Source: Chiloscyllium plagiosum (Eukaryota). From it: DNA of 64,000 bases. The first letter of the stretch is position 1, and each line of letters begins with the position of its first letter. Both the position numbers and the translations under genes were made by a program. Below, in pieces: positions 11,890-25,136 of this stretch. The DNA is taken from positions 13,911,001 to 13,975,000 of the forward strand of contig NC_057718.1 in assembly GCF_004010195.1 (NCBI RefSeq). The letters are read 5' to 3'. The notes below the pieces were generated by a model, which was not told where the DNA came from, did not search any database, and saw only the letters and a list, made by a program, of their open reading frames with translations.

Positions 11890-13128
11890 ATCACAGTGGA
11901 ATAAACTTGATTTAGTTTTTTGAAGAGGTGATCAAGAAGATAGCTGAAAGCAGAGCAGTAGATGTCTACATGGACTTTACCAAAGCTTTCAACAAAGTTC
12001 TGCATGGTAGACTGGTTAGTAAGGTTAAATCACACGGGATCCAAGGAGAGCCAGCCAATTGAATACTAAATTGGCTTGACAATAGGAGAAGAGGGTGGTG
12101 GTGGTAGAGGGTTGTTGTTCAGACTGGAGGCCTGTGACCAGCAGTGTGCCACAAGGATCGGTGCTGGGTCCAAGAATGTTCGTCATTATACAAACAATTT
12201 GGATGAGAAGGTAGGAAGCATGGTTAGTAAGTTTGTGGAATTCACCAATATTGGTGGTATAGTGGACAGTGAAGAAGGTTATCTAAGCGTACAATGGGAT
12301 CTTGATCAACTGGGCCAGTGGGCTGAAGAATGGCAGATGGAGTTTAATTTAGATAAATGTGAGGTGTTGCATTTTGGTAGAATCGACCAGGGCAGGACTT
12401 GTACTGTTAATGGTAGGGCCCTGGGTGGTGTTGTGAAACAGAGAGATGTAGGCATATAGGTACATAGTTTTTGAAAGTGGTGTCACACGTGGACAAGGTG
12501 GTAAAGAAGGTATTTGGCACACTTACCTTCATCAATCAGAGCACTGAGTACATGATTTGGGACATAATGTTATGGCTCTACAAGACATTGATAAGGTACT
12601 TCAAGACATTTAGAATACTGTGTACAATTCTGGTCACCCTGCTATGGGAAGGAAGATATTAAACTGAAAAGGGTGCAAACAAGATTACCAAGGATGTTAC
12701 TGCGATTAGAGGGTTTGAGCTATAGGAAGAGTCTGAATAGACTGGGATCTTTTTCACTGGAGCATAGGAAACTAAGGGTTTATAATATCATGAGGGGCAT
12801 GGACAGGGTAAATAGCCAAGGTCTTTTTCCCAGGGTAGGGCAGTCCAAAACTAAAGGGCATAGTGAAAGGGAAAAGATTTAAAATGGACCTGAGGGGCAA
12901 CTTTTTCACACAGATGGTGGTGTGTGTATATGGAACGAGCTGCCAGAGGAAGTGGTAGAGGTGATTACAATTACAACATTTAAAAGATATTTGGACAGGT
13001 ACATGGATAGGAAAAGTTCAAGGGAATGGGCCAAATGCAGGCAAATGGGATTACTTCAGTTTAGGAAAACTGGTTGGCATGGACGAGTTGGGCCAAAGGG
13101 TCTGTTTACGTGCAGTGTGACTCTATGG
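11890..13128 (+). mobile_element. 5'-truncated decayed CR1 (RT to 3' end)
   Basis: WAEEWQMEFNLDKCEVLHFG; WNELPEEVV; tail repeat. Confidence 0.88.
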
Positions 13129-13290
13129 TGAGGTGCTCAGACAGGGTGAACATCTAAAATAATGCAAAGGCATAAATATATCTGTAAACGAGTGCAAATA
13201 ACCATGACCAGGAAGGATGTGTGGTCACTGTTTTTTGAAATGTTTGTAGGATGGATGTTGATGGATACAGTTGTGCTGAACGAAACTCAC

Positions 13291-13418
13291 CACTTGCAGC
13301 AGCACAATGTTTTCTCTCAGAGCTCCAATGCAGCCACAGAAGGTGATTAAAAACATAATAGCTCCAACCACAATCATAATTATCGCAGGGTCAATAACAA
13401 AAGTATCCCGTACAGCAT
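13291..13418 (-). CDS. TSPAN33-like: TSPAN33-like coding exon 3: (D)AVRDTFVIDPAIIMIVVGAIMFLITFCGCIGALRENIVLLQV
   Basis: 128-nt exon, acacag|AT...GTG|gtgagt, phase 1 to 0; contains the tetraspanin signature FCGCIGALREN. Confidence 0.97.
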
Positions 13419-13956
13419 CTGTGTGAGAAAATCAGAGTAAATCCTGACTTTGTCCAAAGGTTCAAAATGCATGATGATAAGTTGACAGTTCATTTCATAT
13501 TGCTCTCCTTTACCACAGTACTTCCATTGACTTCAATACAAATCAAACCAGTTAGGAAGGAAACCTGCTTTCATTAACACATCTGGCCTACATATCACTC
13601 TAGATGACTTCTAAAGGCCCTCTAAAGTGACTTACTTTTGAAGAAAATACCATTGTATCAGGTCGCACTGGGATGGACAATATGTATCAGTCAAGCTGTC
13701 AATGCCCACATTTGAAGATTACATTATTTTAAATTTGAGAATTTCCATTATAACCACAGTTTATTTTTCTCAATGTTTTACTGACTCTGTAATAATATAA
13801 TAATACCCCTTCATCCCAAGTTGGTCCACTAACAAATCTCACCAGAGCCCCTACCCAATCACATTGACTGGAATACCTCTGTCTCTCACTGTAATGGCAT
13901 CGTTTATCAGCACTGTCCCACGCCTCTGACTTTTCTAAGGATTTTTAACTCACAAA

Positions 13957-14900
13957 TGTTATCAAGGTGTACTATCTGAAATATTACTTAAGAATGACAT
14001 TGATTGGTAATATGTCTATGTCGTGGACATTTTGAAAGAAAGGAGACTGGCTGTAGTAGGGAAAATGTTGTATTTGTAGAGAACACAAGTTGCTTTACTG
14101 GAGTCACGGCGACTACAATACTTTCAGAAAGAGGTCACGTGACCCCAGTTTGCAGGTAAAATAAAGCTACTGGATTTGATCTTGATATTCAGAACAACAG
14201 CCTTTGCCCTTTTTCTGAACCTATCTCATCAACAAAGAACGGCTTCATTAACACAAGAGTATTCTTAAACAAGAATTCAAAATCTATACCACTGTCTCCA
14301 GAAAGGTGAACTCTGCCACTATACCAGATCCAAAAAGACCCCAGTGCCAACAGGTTGTGTGCAAAATGACTTCAGGTACAGTCCACTATTTGGACAATCT
14401 GTAAATAATTATTTTCCTGTAGATAACTCCTACTTGGCCAAAGTATTTTAAGATAATACTCTGCTGACTTTTTTTTCCCAGACTGGATACAGAGGCAGAT
14501 TTCCCTTCGCTAAAGGACAATAGTGAACTAGGTGAATTCTTCTGACAATTGATGACAGTTCTCATGGTCACCTTTCCCAAGGCTAGTTCTGAATTCCAGA
14601 TTCCACAGCATGTCCCCTGGCCTCTGCACTGTTAGTCCAGTGCCATTCTAGTGTATCTATTTGCACAGTTAAAATATTTTGTTCATAATCTTTATATATT
14701 TGCTTGAAATGTTTTGTTTTGCAATAAAATAGTTCTTTGTTACTTAAGGTGCATGGTTGAGTTGTTTCTGATACCGATCTGTATACACTTTGTTACATGT
14801 ATAATATCAGCTCACTTTATAAATTCAATCATTGTGGTGACCTGTGAAGGAGTGACACAAGGACAGGAATTGGTTCATCTCCTCTAACTAGGGCGTAACA
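13957..14900. mobile_element. Possible solo LTR
   Basis: TGTTAT...GTAACA termini; near-TSD CAAA/CAAT; AATAAA at ~14723; includes a SINE fragment near 14500-14650. Confidence 0.4.
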
Positions 14901-15656
14901 CAATCATGCTCAGGTTATAGTCAGTCTCTGGAATGGCTATTACATCTTTCAGTAGAATTTGTGCTTCTAAATTGTTTTATTTCATATGCTGTACATGTTT
15001 GTGAACAGTTGAGTAACCGTCCCCATTTTGCACAAATGTTCCACTAGTCTCACGCTTGATTAGTAGGGTAATCAAAAATCCCAAAATTGTTCTAGAACTA
15101 GTTGGATGGTGGGCTTTGGGACTGGAGGAGTGCTTCATGGATGTAATCTAATTTCAGGTCTTACACCCCTTCCCATTTAATATAAAAATAAAAATAAAAA
15201 TTTGTTATCTGTTTCTTCGCCCTTAGTGGGTTGGAAGTGCTTCTTAATACATTTACAGTATCTGTGACATGTGGATCTTTGAAATTCATGGAGATGTGAA
15301 TTTACCAAGTCAGGAAGCTGCATATAACAGAACTGATATAGATGATAGTGGGGAATATCGTCTCCTTGTATTTAGCGAGTATGGAACTGTTATAACTCAA
15401 TCTTACCTAAGCAGTATACACTCAACCAAATGCAAAGCTGCTACATCTGACCTTTCATTGATAGGATGCTTTGTATACATATAGAGTGTAGACAGAATTA
15501 CTATATCTGGGTATTGCTGGTAAATGTGTAGGAAGCAGGAGTTATTGAAATGCATACATCCTTGGAAATTGGCAGTTGCACAAGCAGCACTTTGAACAAT
15601 TCTAAATCTATTGTGCATGTCCCTATCACACAGAGAATAGAAAGTTCCTCATCCAC

Positions 15657-15714
15657 CTGTGGCTTTTTGGATCTTTGCATATACTCCAATGGCAACAATC
15701 ACCAGTGAGATGAT
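15657..15714 (-). CDS. TSPAN33-like: TSPAN33-like coding exon 2: IISLVIVAIGVYAKIQKAT(D)
   Basis: 58-nt exon, ttgcag|ATC...CAG|gtggat, phase 0 to 1; resembles TSPAN33 VISMVMVAVGVYAR. Confidence 0.93.
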
Positions 15715-16479
15715 CTGCAAGACAAAAAAAAACAAAACGATTCATATAAACAGCAAAACTTAACGTATTAATGACCTCTACTCTTATAGTCAAAATCATA
15801 GTTTTTAAAACAGTAAGCCTTTTGCAGCATTTAAATTCTAACAGCAAAGAGCAAGATAGCAAATGGTTGCATTGTACTAAGTGATTAATACCTTAAAATG
15901 AAGATATATAAACATTATGCCATGCAACACAAAAAATTGCTGCAAATTGAGAGTCATACAGCACTTGTACCTCTCTGCCAAAACTGAACGTTTATAGCCT
16001 GAAGCACATACCACGAAGTGAATGTTTCTATATGTGATCCCCAATCCTTCCAGCTTTTGCACTGTTCTGTATGACTCACAGATGAAGGGAGATACCTCTT
16101 GGACAAACCACGGCTTATTATGTCACAGCTACAGACACTGATTGCCCTGTGTAATCAATAGCACGGAGATAGGTCATTTGACCCTCATTGAAAGAGCGAT
16201 CCAATTAGTCCCACTCCTCTACCTTGTCCCCATTTGCCCTGAAATTTTTTCCCCTTCAAGTACTAATGCAATTTCTTTCTGAAAGTTGTTATTTGCATTC
16301 CCCATTCCTCCTATCTTTTCAGGCATCATGTAAGCAATTTGACTCCCTCCTTTCAAAATGTCCCTGTCAGTCCCAATTTCAGGTCTGCCCATGGGACAGA
16401 GAAGATTCAATCCATTATGTTCTTGCTCCTCACTGTATTGTGAAGGAACATCCCAACTCCAATTGCCCTCCCTTAGCAA

Positions 16480-17502
16480 CTAATTGGAGCCACGAGTAGT
16501 AGCCGCTGGGGACATGGATCTGTGGTGTAGGGAGCACCAAAGGCTGAGGACGGTACTATATACGGACCCTTGAAACTCCCGATTCCACATTTTCACAGGA
16601 AAGGCCAGTTCTATAGCTTTCTTTAGGTGCAGATATGGCTCAGTTAGTAACTTTTTTTGGGTTGGAATATTATTAACTCCACGAACAAAGTGATCCCTGA
16701 ACATTTCCCAGAGTGCTGGCCCATACCCACCAATTTCTGCAGTTTCATTAAGAATTCAGTAACTGGTTCCCAGGAAGTCCATTAGCCATGTTAAACCTAT
16801 AATACTGCAATATAACAGCTTTATTAGGGTCATAGTGGTCTGCTACTATATCTATCAGTTCATCAAAGGATTTTGGCTGCAGGTAGATTAAGCTCTTTAT
16901 CATGTTGGAAGTCGGGGCCCCACAAGGGTTCGAGAGAATGACTTTTTGTCAGATGAGCCCCTTCGATCCCTGAAAATATTCTTTCATTCTTTTGGCTCAC
17001 TCTGGCCTTTTTTCCATACCTGCATCATATGATTCCAGTTTTGCAAACAGAAGCACTTTCAATATTTCCCCACCACAGTCTTATTGGTTTTATTTGGAAG
17101 GCAGGGCTGGCTGAAACCTTTCTTGATTCTTGTCACTAATGTAATAACTCAGGAAGCCCGACTGGAAAGGAACATTGTTCATTGTTGAACACTAAAACAG
17201 AGGTACTATTTGTGGCATACATGGGTTAGTCCCAGTCCTGGACAGACTGATCTGCAGATCAATCTCTGGGTCTGCTTTTTTTTTTACTCAGAAGTGCTAT
17301 TATGCACAACTGAGCAATCTTCCCATCACCAAAATTTCAACTTTTTTGTGCTTTTTTAAAACTAATAACCAACACCAGTAAAAACACCCATGTAGTCAAT
17401 GAAGTATTTACAAGCAAAACCCATTATGGGTAATGCAAGCCATCAGAGGTGGGTCTGCTTTATCCTATTTTTCTAATAATTCTGTTCAGCAATATTATTA
17501 CA
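16480..17502 (-). mobile_element. Gypsy-type LTR retrotransposon remnant: LTR 17140-17502 plus gag fragment
   Basis: LTR termini TGTAATAA...TTATTACA; degenerate PBS-like TTAGTGACAAG next to it; gag-like FRDHFVRGVNN...QKKLLTEP.LHLKKAIELA. Confidence 0.75.
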
Positions 17503-17947
17503 CACATCTAGAGCAGGTGGGACTTAGAGGGCTCAGGTGATGAGTTCCAGCTGGGCAAGCCATTGCCTGTTCCCAAGGGAACTCATACTCAAGGAGCTCC
17601 ATAGGGAGGTTAAATGATAATTCCCAATGGGCCTTGTAGGGGTTATCACAATTATCCAATTCCCTCTTGAATGAACCTACCCCACCACACTCTCAGGTAT
17701 TCCAGATCCTAAGCTCTCGCCGCATGAAAAATAAATTCCTTCATGTCACCAGTTTGCCAATCATCTTCAATCTTGCTCCCTATCCTTTCACCAATGGGAA
17801 CTGTTTCTCCTTATTGATTCTGTCCAGGCCCCCCTCATGACTTTGAATATCTCTATAAAATCTCCTCTCAAAATTCTCTTCTCCAAGGAGAAAAGTGCAA
17901 ACTTCCCAATCCATCTGTGTAACTGCAGTTCCTCATTCTTGGAACCA

Positions 17948-19070
17948 TTAGAACATAGAACATAGAACATTACAGCGCAGTACAGGCCCTTCAGCCCTCG
18001 ATGTTGCGCCGCCCTGTCATACTAATCTGAAGCCCATCCCACCTACACTATTCCATGTACGTCCAAATGCCTGTTCAATGACGACTTAGATGCACTTAAA
18101 CTTGGCGAATCTACTACCGTTTCAGGCAAAGCATTCCATACCCTTACTACTCTCTGTCTTATACCTATCTCCCCTCACTTTAAAGTTATGTCCCCTCGTG
18201 TTTGCTGTCCCCATACTTGGAAAAAGGCTCTCCCTGTCCACCCTATCCAACCCTCTGATTATCTTGTATGTCTCTATTAAGTCACCTCTCAACCTTCTTC
18301 TCTCTAACAAGAACAGCGTCAAGGCCCTCAGCCTTTCCTCGTAAGACATTCCTTCCATACCAGGCAACATCCTAGTAAATCTCCTCTGCACCCTTTCCAA
18401 AGCCTCCACATCCTTCTTATAATGCTGTGACCAGAACTGTACACAATACTCCAAGTGTGGCCGTACCAGAGCTTTGTACAGCTGCAGAATAGCCTCCTGG
18501 TTCCGGAACTCAATCCCTCTATTAATAAAGGCCAAAACACTGTATGCCTTCTTAACAACCCTGTCAATCTGGGTGGCAACTTTCAGGGATTTGTGTACAT
18601 GGACATCAAGATCTCTCTGCTCATCTGCACTCCCAAGAATCTTACCATTAGCCCAGTACTTTGCATTCCGATTACTCCGTCCAAAGTGTATCACCTCACA
18701 CTTGGCCACATTAAACTCCATTTGCCACCTCTCAGCCCAGCTCTGCATCCTATCTATGTGTCTCTGCAACCTACTACATCCTTCGTCACTATCCACAACT
18801 CCACCTACCTTAGTGTCGTCCGCAAATTTACTAACCCACCCTTCTAAGCCCTCATCCAGGTCATTTATAAAAATGACGAACAGCAGTGGACCCAATACCA
18901 ACCCTTGCGGTACGCCGCTAGTAACTGGACACCAAGATGAACATGTTCCATCAACTGCAACCCTCTGATTTCTTTCAGCAAGCCAATTACTGATCCAAAC
19001 TGCTATGTCTCCCACAATCCCATTCCTCTGCATTTTGTATAATAGCCTACTGTGGGGAACCTTATTGAAT
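17948..19070 (-). mobile_element. 5'-truncated CR1 (RT domain largely open)
   Basis: 333-aa ORF with SGVPQG and SKFADDTK; (TATGTTC)n tail. Confidence 0.93.
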
Positions 19071-22000
19071 GCCTCATGAATTGTTTCTGCCGTTTCCCTA
19101 ATGCCAAAAATTTGCTTTGCCAAGGTACTGAAAATGCTGAGACTTTGACTCCCATACCTTTATCCACAATTACCTTGATTGAATTATGATGCTCATTTAC
19201 TTTCCAACCTATTTTCTGTTCACTCCTCTTAAATATTGACAATTACCTCCTGGAATCTCAGAATTATTACAGCACAGAAGGAGGTCATTTCCCTATTGCC
19301 TCACTTATCGGTGCATTCTGATCGTAAATGCTGAGCATTGAAAGACTTGTCAATGAAGCAAGGCAGCAAGTTATAGACTGAAAGCAAGTTTATTCCCTCC
19401 ATCCCCACTTCTATTTTTATTAATTTTTTTTCATCCAATGTGAACATCACTGTAAATTAAAAACAGCAGGCCCTATTCTTCAAATTCTCCCACTGGGGCC
19501 AGGTTGGCAACTGCTAGCCTTTGGACATGACATTCTGCAAGGACTGCTTACAATTGTCTAACCAATCTTGATGTGCTACAGGATCACAGGATTGTTACAG
19601 TACAGAAGGAGGCCATTTGGTCCATCATATCTGCACACCCTCTCTGTATGAACATTTCACTTAGTCACTCTCCGGCCTTGCCCCATAATCTGGTACATGC
19701 TTCCTTTTCAAATGACAGCTAATTCCCTTTCAAATATGCTATCACTCTACACTCTCTCTGCACTCTAAGGCGGTGCATTCCAGGAGGTAACTATTGGCTG
19801 CAGGATGCTTTGGCTTCTTTTGTCAGTTATTTAAAATCTTTGTCCTCCCATTCTTAATTCTTTCAAGAGTGCCAATATTTTCTCTCAATTTGTCCAGACC
19901 CTTCATGATTCTGAATGCTAAGTCCTGGACATTCTCTCCGTGATCTCCTGATGTGCCCAATGTCTCTCACAGCTCTGGCCTGGACGGGTCTTCAGTTTTC
20001 CTTCTTCTCCTATTCACAAAAAATCTCCTGGATGTTGGAAGTTGTTGCACAACAGTTACTAGCACAAAACCGTGAGCAAAGATGCTCAGCTACAGGGAGC
20101 ACAACCTTTCCACGGTAAACTGTCAACGTAGGGTGATTAGATATCATGTGAATATGATACATGGTTGGACATCACATGGTCAGAATACATTGTGATCAAA
20201 ACTCTAGAAGTGACTCCAGGAGCCTTCATAAGCAGTAGGAGACACAGGTAAGTACAGCAGCATAGTCAGGCAGAATACAGTCACCTTAGTCGCTTCCAAT
20301 GAAATTGTAAAATGGCGCCTAGTGAAATAGAGTCATAGAAATCTACAGCACGGAAACAGGCCCTTCAGCCCAACTTGCCTATGCCCACCAGTTTTCACAA
20401 TTATACCAGTCCCATTTGCCTGCATTTGGTCCATATTCCTCCATATCTATCCCGTCCATGCACCTGTCTAAATGATTTTTTAGATAACAAAATTGCATTC
20501 ACTTCCACCATTCATGAGAAACTGAATACAAAACAGACTTGCATTTCTCTAGCAGCCTTTCATGACTTCAAAACATCCAAATTAAGTGTTTTTACAATGT
20601 AGCATAATGCAAAAATTACAATCATTATGGATTATTACATAAAATCATTTCAAAGCAACTGGTCAAAATAGGTACATTTAACACACTGTAAAGATAGAAA
20701 TACCAGGAACTGCAAGAGGATGTATTTTAGTGTGCGTGGAATGGGAATAGTTATCTGAGTCTAAAACTGATCTTGGCAAAGTCTTACAGCATGATTGCAA
20801 GCAACAATGAATTATTGGTTATGTAACTCTTTGACCTGTCTGACTTCTTTGGGCTGAAATGGGCTTGGTTTCTCGATGCTATTTAATTTGTATAATTCAT
20901 TTCCTCAAGATATACTTTTACTCATAAAATGAATAAAGATTCAAGACAAGAGAATACAAGTGTTATGCTTTATAAAATGCATTGCAAGTTAATTTGCTAC
21001 AAAACAATGTGCACCACTCTACGGTAACCCCTGCCCCCACCCCTCCAATTTCATCTACATTTGTACATGTTCTGACATGTAATTACTTGTGGGAATTGGG
21101 ACAAATTGAACAATCTGAAAGTATGCTATGTCAGTAAGTCTCATCATCATAACTCTGCTTGTTGTTTTTAATGGTGCCTCATGGTTTATATAAATGATGC
21201 ATGAATTGATGCGTACACAGTACTGAGCACAGTGAAGGCAGTGTTAGCAAATTCACCCTTCAGTCTTAGCCACTTAGCTCAAATGCAAAGCACAAAAAGA
21301 ATGAGATTAACTCAGATGAAATATTTTCACAGTCCAATGAACATGGCACCAGAGAAAAACAGTAGTCCAGCTGTGAGCAATACTCAGTTTGGAAATGGTA
21401 TCCCACATTCTCCTGCATTTTTGCTAACATGCATCCAGACTATTTAGACATTTGAGGAAGATTTGGACCCCAATAAGTAGACAGGTTCGGGTTGGTTAAG
21501 TGTTAAACAGTTGAATTCTGATCCTACTTGCAGTCCTGGTTTATAGTCAAGTCAGTAGGCATTCAACCTACTGTGTGGGGGAGGGGGGAGAGGGTTGCTG
21601 TCAGGACTTCAGGTATTATCACAAAGCTGCATGCCTCATTATACATTCACCATTTGAAATTGAACTCTGAACAATTCAGATCTCGGGCAAGCTGCAAGCT
21701 ACAAGCTGAACCAAGATTGTGGATTGAGATGTAAATATCTTTCCACAAACCTACAGAGTCCCTGACCAACTCCCTGCAATCAGATTCCTCCCTCCTCAAA
21801 GAAATTATGATCTTCCCTCTCCCCGATCTCTCTTCAATCTCTAGTAAACGACGTCTCCAACCTTCCCCCACCATTGGGCTCTAATCTAATCTTCCTGTAC
21901 CCCTTCCCACCCAAAGGCCCCCATGTGCCAATGAAACCAATTCCATCAGCATCTCTGCTCCCTCTGTCCTTGTGTATTTAAATCATCAGCCAGTTATTCT

Positions 22001-22159
22001 CAATCGGAGACATCACACAAGAGTCCAACCCTGTGGCCACCTGATTTTCATGTTAGCATGTTATATTCCAGCAGAAGTTACTGGACAGCAGTTGTTGGCT
22101 GTCCCTTATGCATCTACTCAGAGTCATGACCTTTTACTCAAAATCTATGTGTACCCTAT

Positions 22160-22775
22160 GTTAGAAGATAGAACATAGAACATTACAGTGCAGTGCCCTT
22201 TGGCCATCGATGTTGCGCCAACCTGTGGAACCAATCTGAAGCCCATCTAACCTACATTATTCCATTCTCGTCCATATGCCTATCCAAAGACGATTTCAAA
22301 TGCCCTTAAAGTTGGCGAGTCTATTACTGTTGCAGACAGTGCATTCCATGCCCCTGCTACCCTCTGAGTAAAGAAACTATGTCTGACATCTGACCAATAT
22401 CTATCACCCCTCATTTTAAAGCTATGTCCCTTTGTGCTAGCCATCGTCATCCGAGGAAAAAGGCTCTCACTGTCCAACCTATCTAACTCTGTGATTATCT
22501 TATATGTCTCAATTAATTCACCTCTCAACCTTTTTCTCTGTAACAAAAACAGCCTCAAGTCCCTCAGCCTTTCCTCGTAAGATCTTCCCTCCATACCAGG
22601 CAACATCCTGGTAAATCTCCTCTGAACCCTTTCCAATGCTTCCACATCCTTTCTATAATGCAGTGACCAGAACTGTACGCAATACTCCAAATGAGGCTGC
22701 GCCAGAGTTTTGTACAGCTGCAGCATGATCTCATGGTTCCGAAACTCAATCCCTCTACCAATAAAAGCTAACACA
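22160..22775 (-). mobile_element. CR1 3' fragment
   Basis: LEYCVQFWS..RVQRRFTRMLPG; tail repeat. Confidence 0.9.
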
Positions 22776-23149
22776 CCTGTTGAAAGAGGTTGTTGCCAAG
22801 TATTCAAAACCAGCAATGATGGGTGACTTCATCCATTGTCTCCTAAGGCCAGAATATTGAAAAAAATCTCCTACAGTACCAAGGGAAGGAATAGCCTTCA
22901 TGGCTCTTTCTGAAAGCAAGCCAGATTTCATCCTGTTTTGAGTAATATTAAATAAGATGCAGTATCCAGAGTGAATGATAAAACCTTGTAGCATTTGCAC
23001 CTTTTAGTGGTTCATATTTTTGAATATATTGCTAGAATGTGATGTTGGCAGGTCTGCGTGTGTTGCCCATTTCTAATTGCCCTTGAGAAAGTTTGCGGTC
23101 CACATGGCTATTAGAATCACAGAATAAATATAGTGTGGAAACAGGCCCT

Positions 23150-23448
23150 TCGGTCCAACAAGTCCACACAAACCCTGCAAAGGATAACCCAACCAGACCC
23201 ATTCTCCTACCCCATTATTTTATATGTTCTCCTGAATGACACACCGAATCGACACATCCCTGAACACCATGGACAATTTAGCATGGCCAATCCATCTAAC
23301 CTGCACATCTTTGGATTGTGGGAGGAAACCCTTGCGACACGGGGAGAATGTGCAAACTCCATACAGACAATCGGCCAAGGTTGGAATTGAACCCAGGTCC
23401 CTGGTACTGTGAGGCAACAGTGCTAACCACTGATCCACTGTGCCACCC
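23150..23448 (-). mobile_element. HE1-like SINE
   Basis: Reverse complement of the SINE head and core seen at 32103 and 55925. Confidence 0.85.
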
Positions 23449-23519
23449 ATTAAGGAAGCATCTGCAGGTTCTTGACCCAGTGACCAAGTTATGACAAATT
23501 GTGATTGGGATACAGTCAG

Positions 23520-23990
23520 AGAGTCATAGAGATGTACAGCATTGAAACAGATCCTTTGGTCCAACCCATCCATGCTGATCAGATATTCCAACCCAATCTA
23601 GTCCCATCTGCCAGCACCAGGCCCATATCCCTACAAACCCTTCCTATTCATGTACCCATCCAAATGCCTGTTAAATGTTGCAGTTGTACCAGCCTCCACC
23701 ACTTCTCTGGCAGCTCATTCCATACACGTACCACCCTCTGTGTGAAAAGGTTGCCCCGTAGGTCTCTTTTATATCTTTCCCCTCTCACCCCCAACCTATG
23801 CCCTCTAGTTCTGGACTCCCTGACCCCAGGGAAAAGACTTTGCTTATTTACCCTATCCATGCCCCTCATAATTTTGTACACCTCTATAAGGTCACCCCTC
23901 AGCCTCTGACACTCCAGGGAAAACAGCCCCAGCCTGTTCAGCTTCTCCCCAAAGCTCAAATCCTCCAACCCTTGTAATTTTTTTCTAAAT
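23520..23990 (-). mobile_element. CR1 3' fragment
   Basis: LNRLGLFSLECQRLRGDLIEVYK; CTCTATGA tail. Confidence 0.9.
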
Positions 23991-24523
23991 CCTTTCAAGT
24001 AATTAGAGAACTACATTAGCTTCTTATGAAATATAAATTTGCAGTGAGAAGGTAAAGTGAGATAAAAGGAAAGAAAATGGATAGATTGAGAAATTTGAAA
24101 TAAAGACAGAAAACACTGCAATTATGGAGGAAGTTTATATCAGCATAAGAAAAGATTGCCATTTCAATGAAGACAACTCAAGTTGTCTTCTCCTTTCATA
24201 TTCTAATGGACTGCTGCATATTTGTACTTCTACCCTTTTCCACTTTTGAAGGAATGCCAGCCAGGAGATTACATGTAATCTCAATCACAAATGTTTGTGC
24301 TGCATTGCAGTTTTCCTGTTAAAGTATAGTCACGTAGTTATACATTACTGATTTAGTGTATGTCTTGCTCAGTGTCAAGAGATGAAGACTGACCTCTTGA
24401 CTTGATTGTTCTGATGCTCTCCTGATTGGTCTTCGATTCCCCACCTTAAATAGATCTCAGCAGTTTCAAACNNNNNNNNNNNNNNNNNNNNNNNNNNNNN
24501 NNNNNNNNNNNNNNNNNNNNNNN

Positions 24524-25136
24524 AGGAGGGGAAATGAGGAAACTGGTGAAATCCACATTGATGCCGTGGGGTTGGAAGGTCCCAAGTTGGAAGATGAGGC
24601 GGAAGATGAGGAAGATGAGGTGTTCTTCCTCCAGGTGTCAGGTGGTAATGGAGTGGCGATGGAGGAAGCCCAGGACCTCAATGTCCTTGGCAGAGTGGGA
24701 GGGGGAGTTGAAGTATTCAGCCACAGAGCAGTGGGGTTGGTTGGTGTGGGTGTCCCGGAGATGTTCTCTGCGAGTAGGCGTCCTGTCTCCCCAATGTAGA
24801 GGAGACCGCACCGGGAGCAACAGATACAATAAATGACAGATATGGATGTGCAGGTGAAACTTTGATGGATGTGGAAGGCTCCTTTGGGGCTTTGGATGGA
24901 GGTGAGGGGGGAGGTGTGGGTGCAGGTTTTGCAATTCCTGCAGAGGCAGTGGAAGGTGCCGGGAAGGAATGGTGTGCTGTTGGGGCGGGGGCACCTGACG
25001 AGGTAGTCACGGAGGGAACGGTCTTTACAGAAAGCAGATAGGGGTGGGGAGGAAAATATATCTCAGGTGGTGGGATCCTTTTGTAGGTGGCGGAGGATGA
25101 TGCGATGTATACGGAGGTTGGTGGGGTGGAAGGTGG
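24524..25136 (-). mobile_element. Penelope-like GIY-YIG fragment
   Basis: YIGETGR..REHLRDTHTNQPHCSVAEYFNSPSHS; homologous to 37859-38030. Confidence 0.82.
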
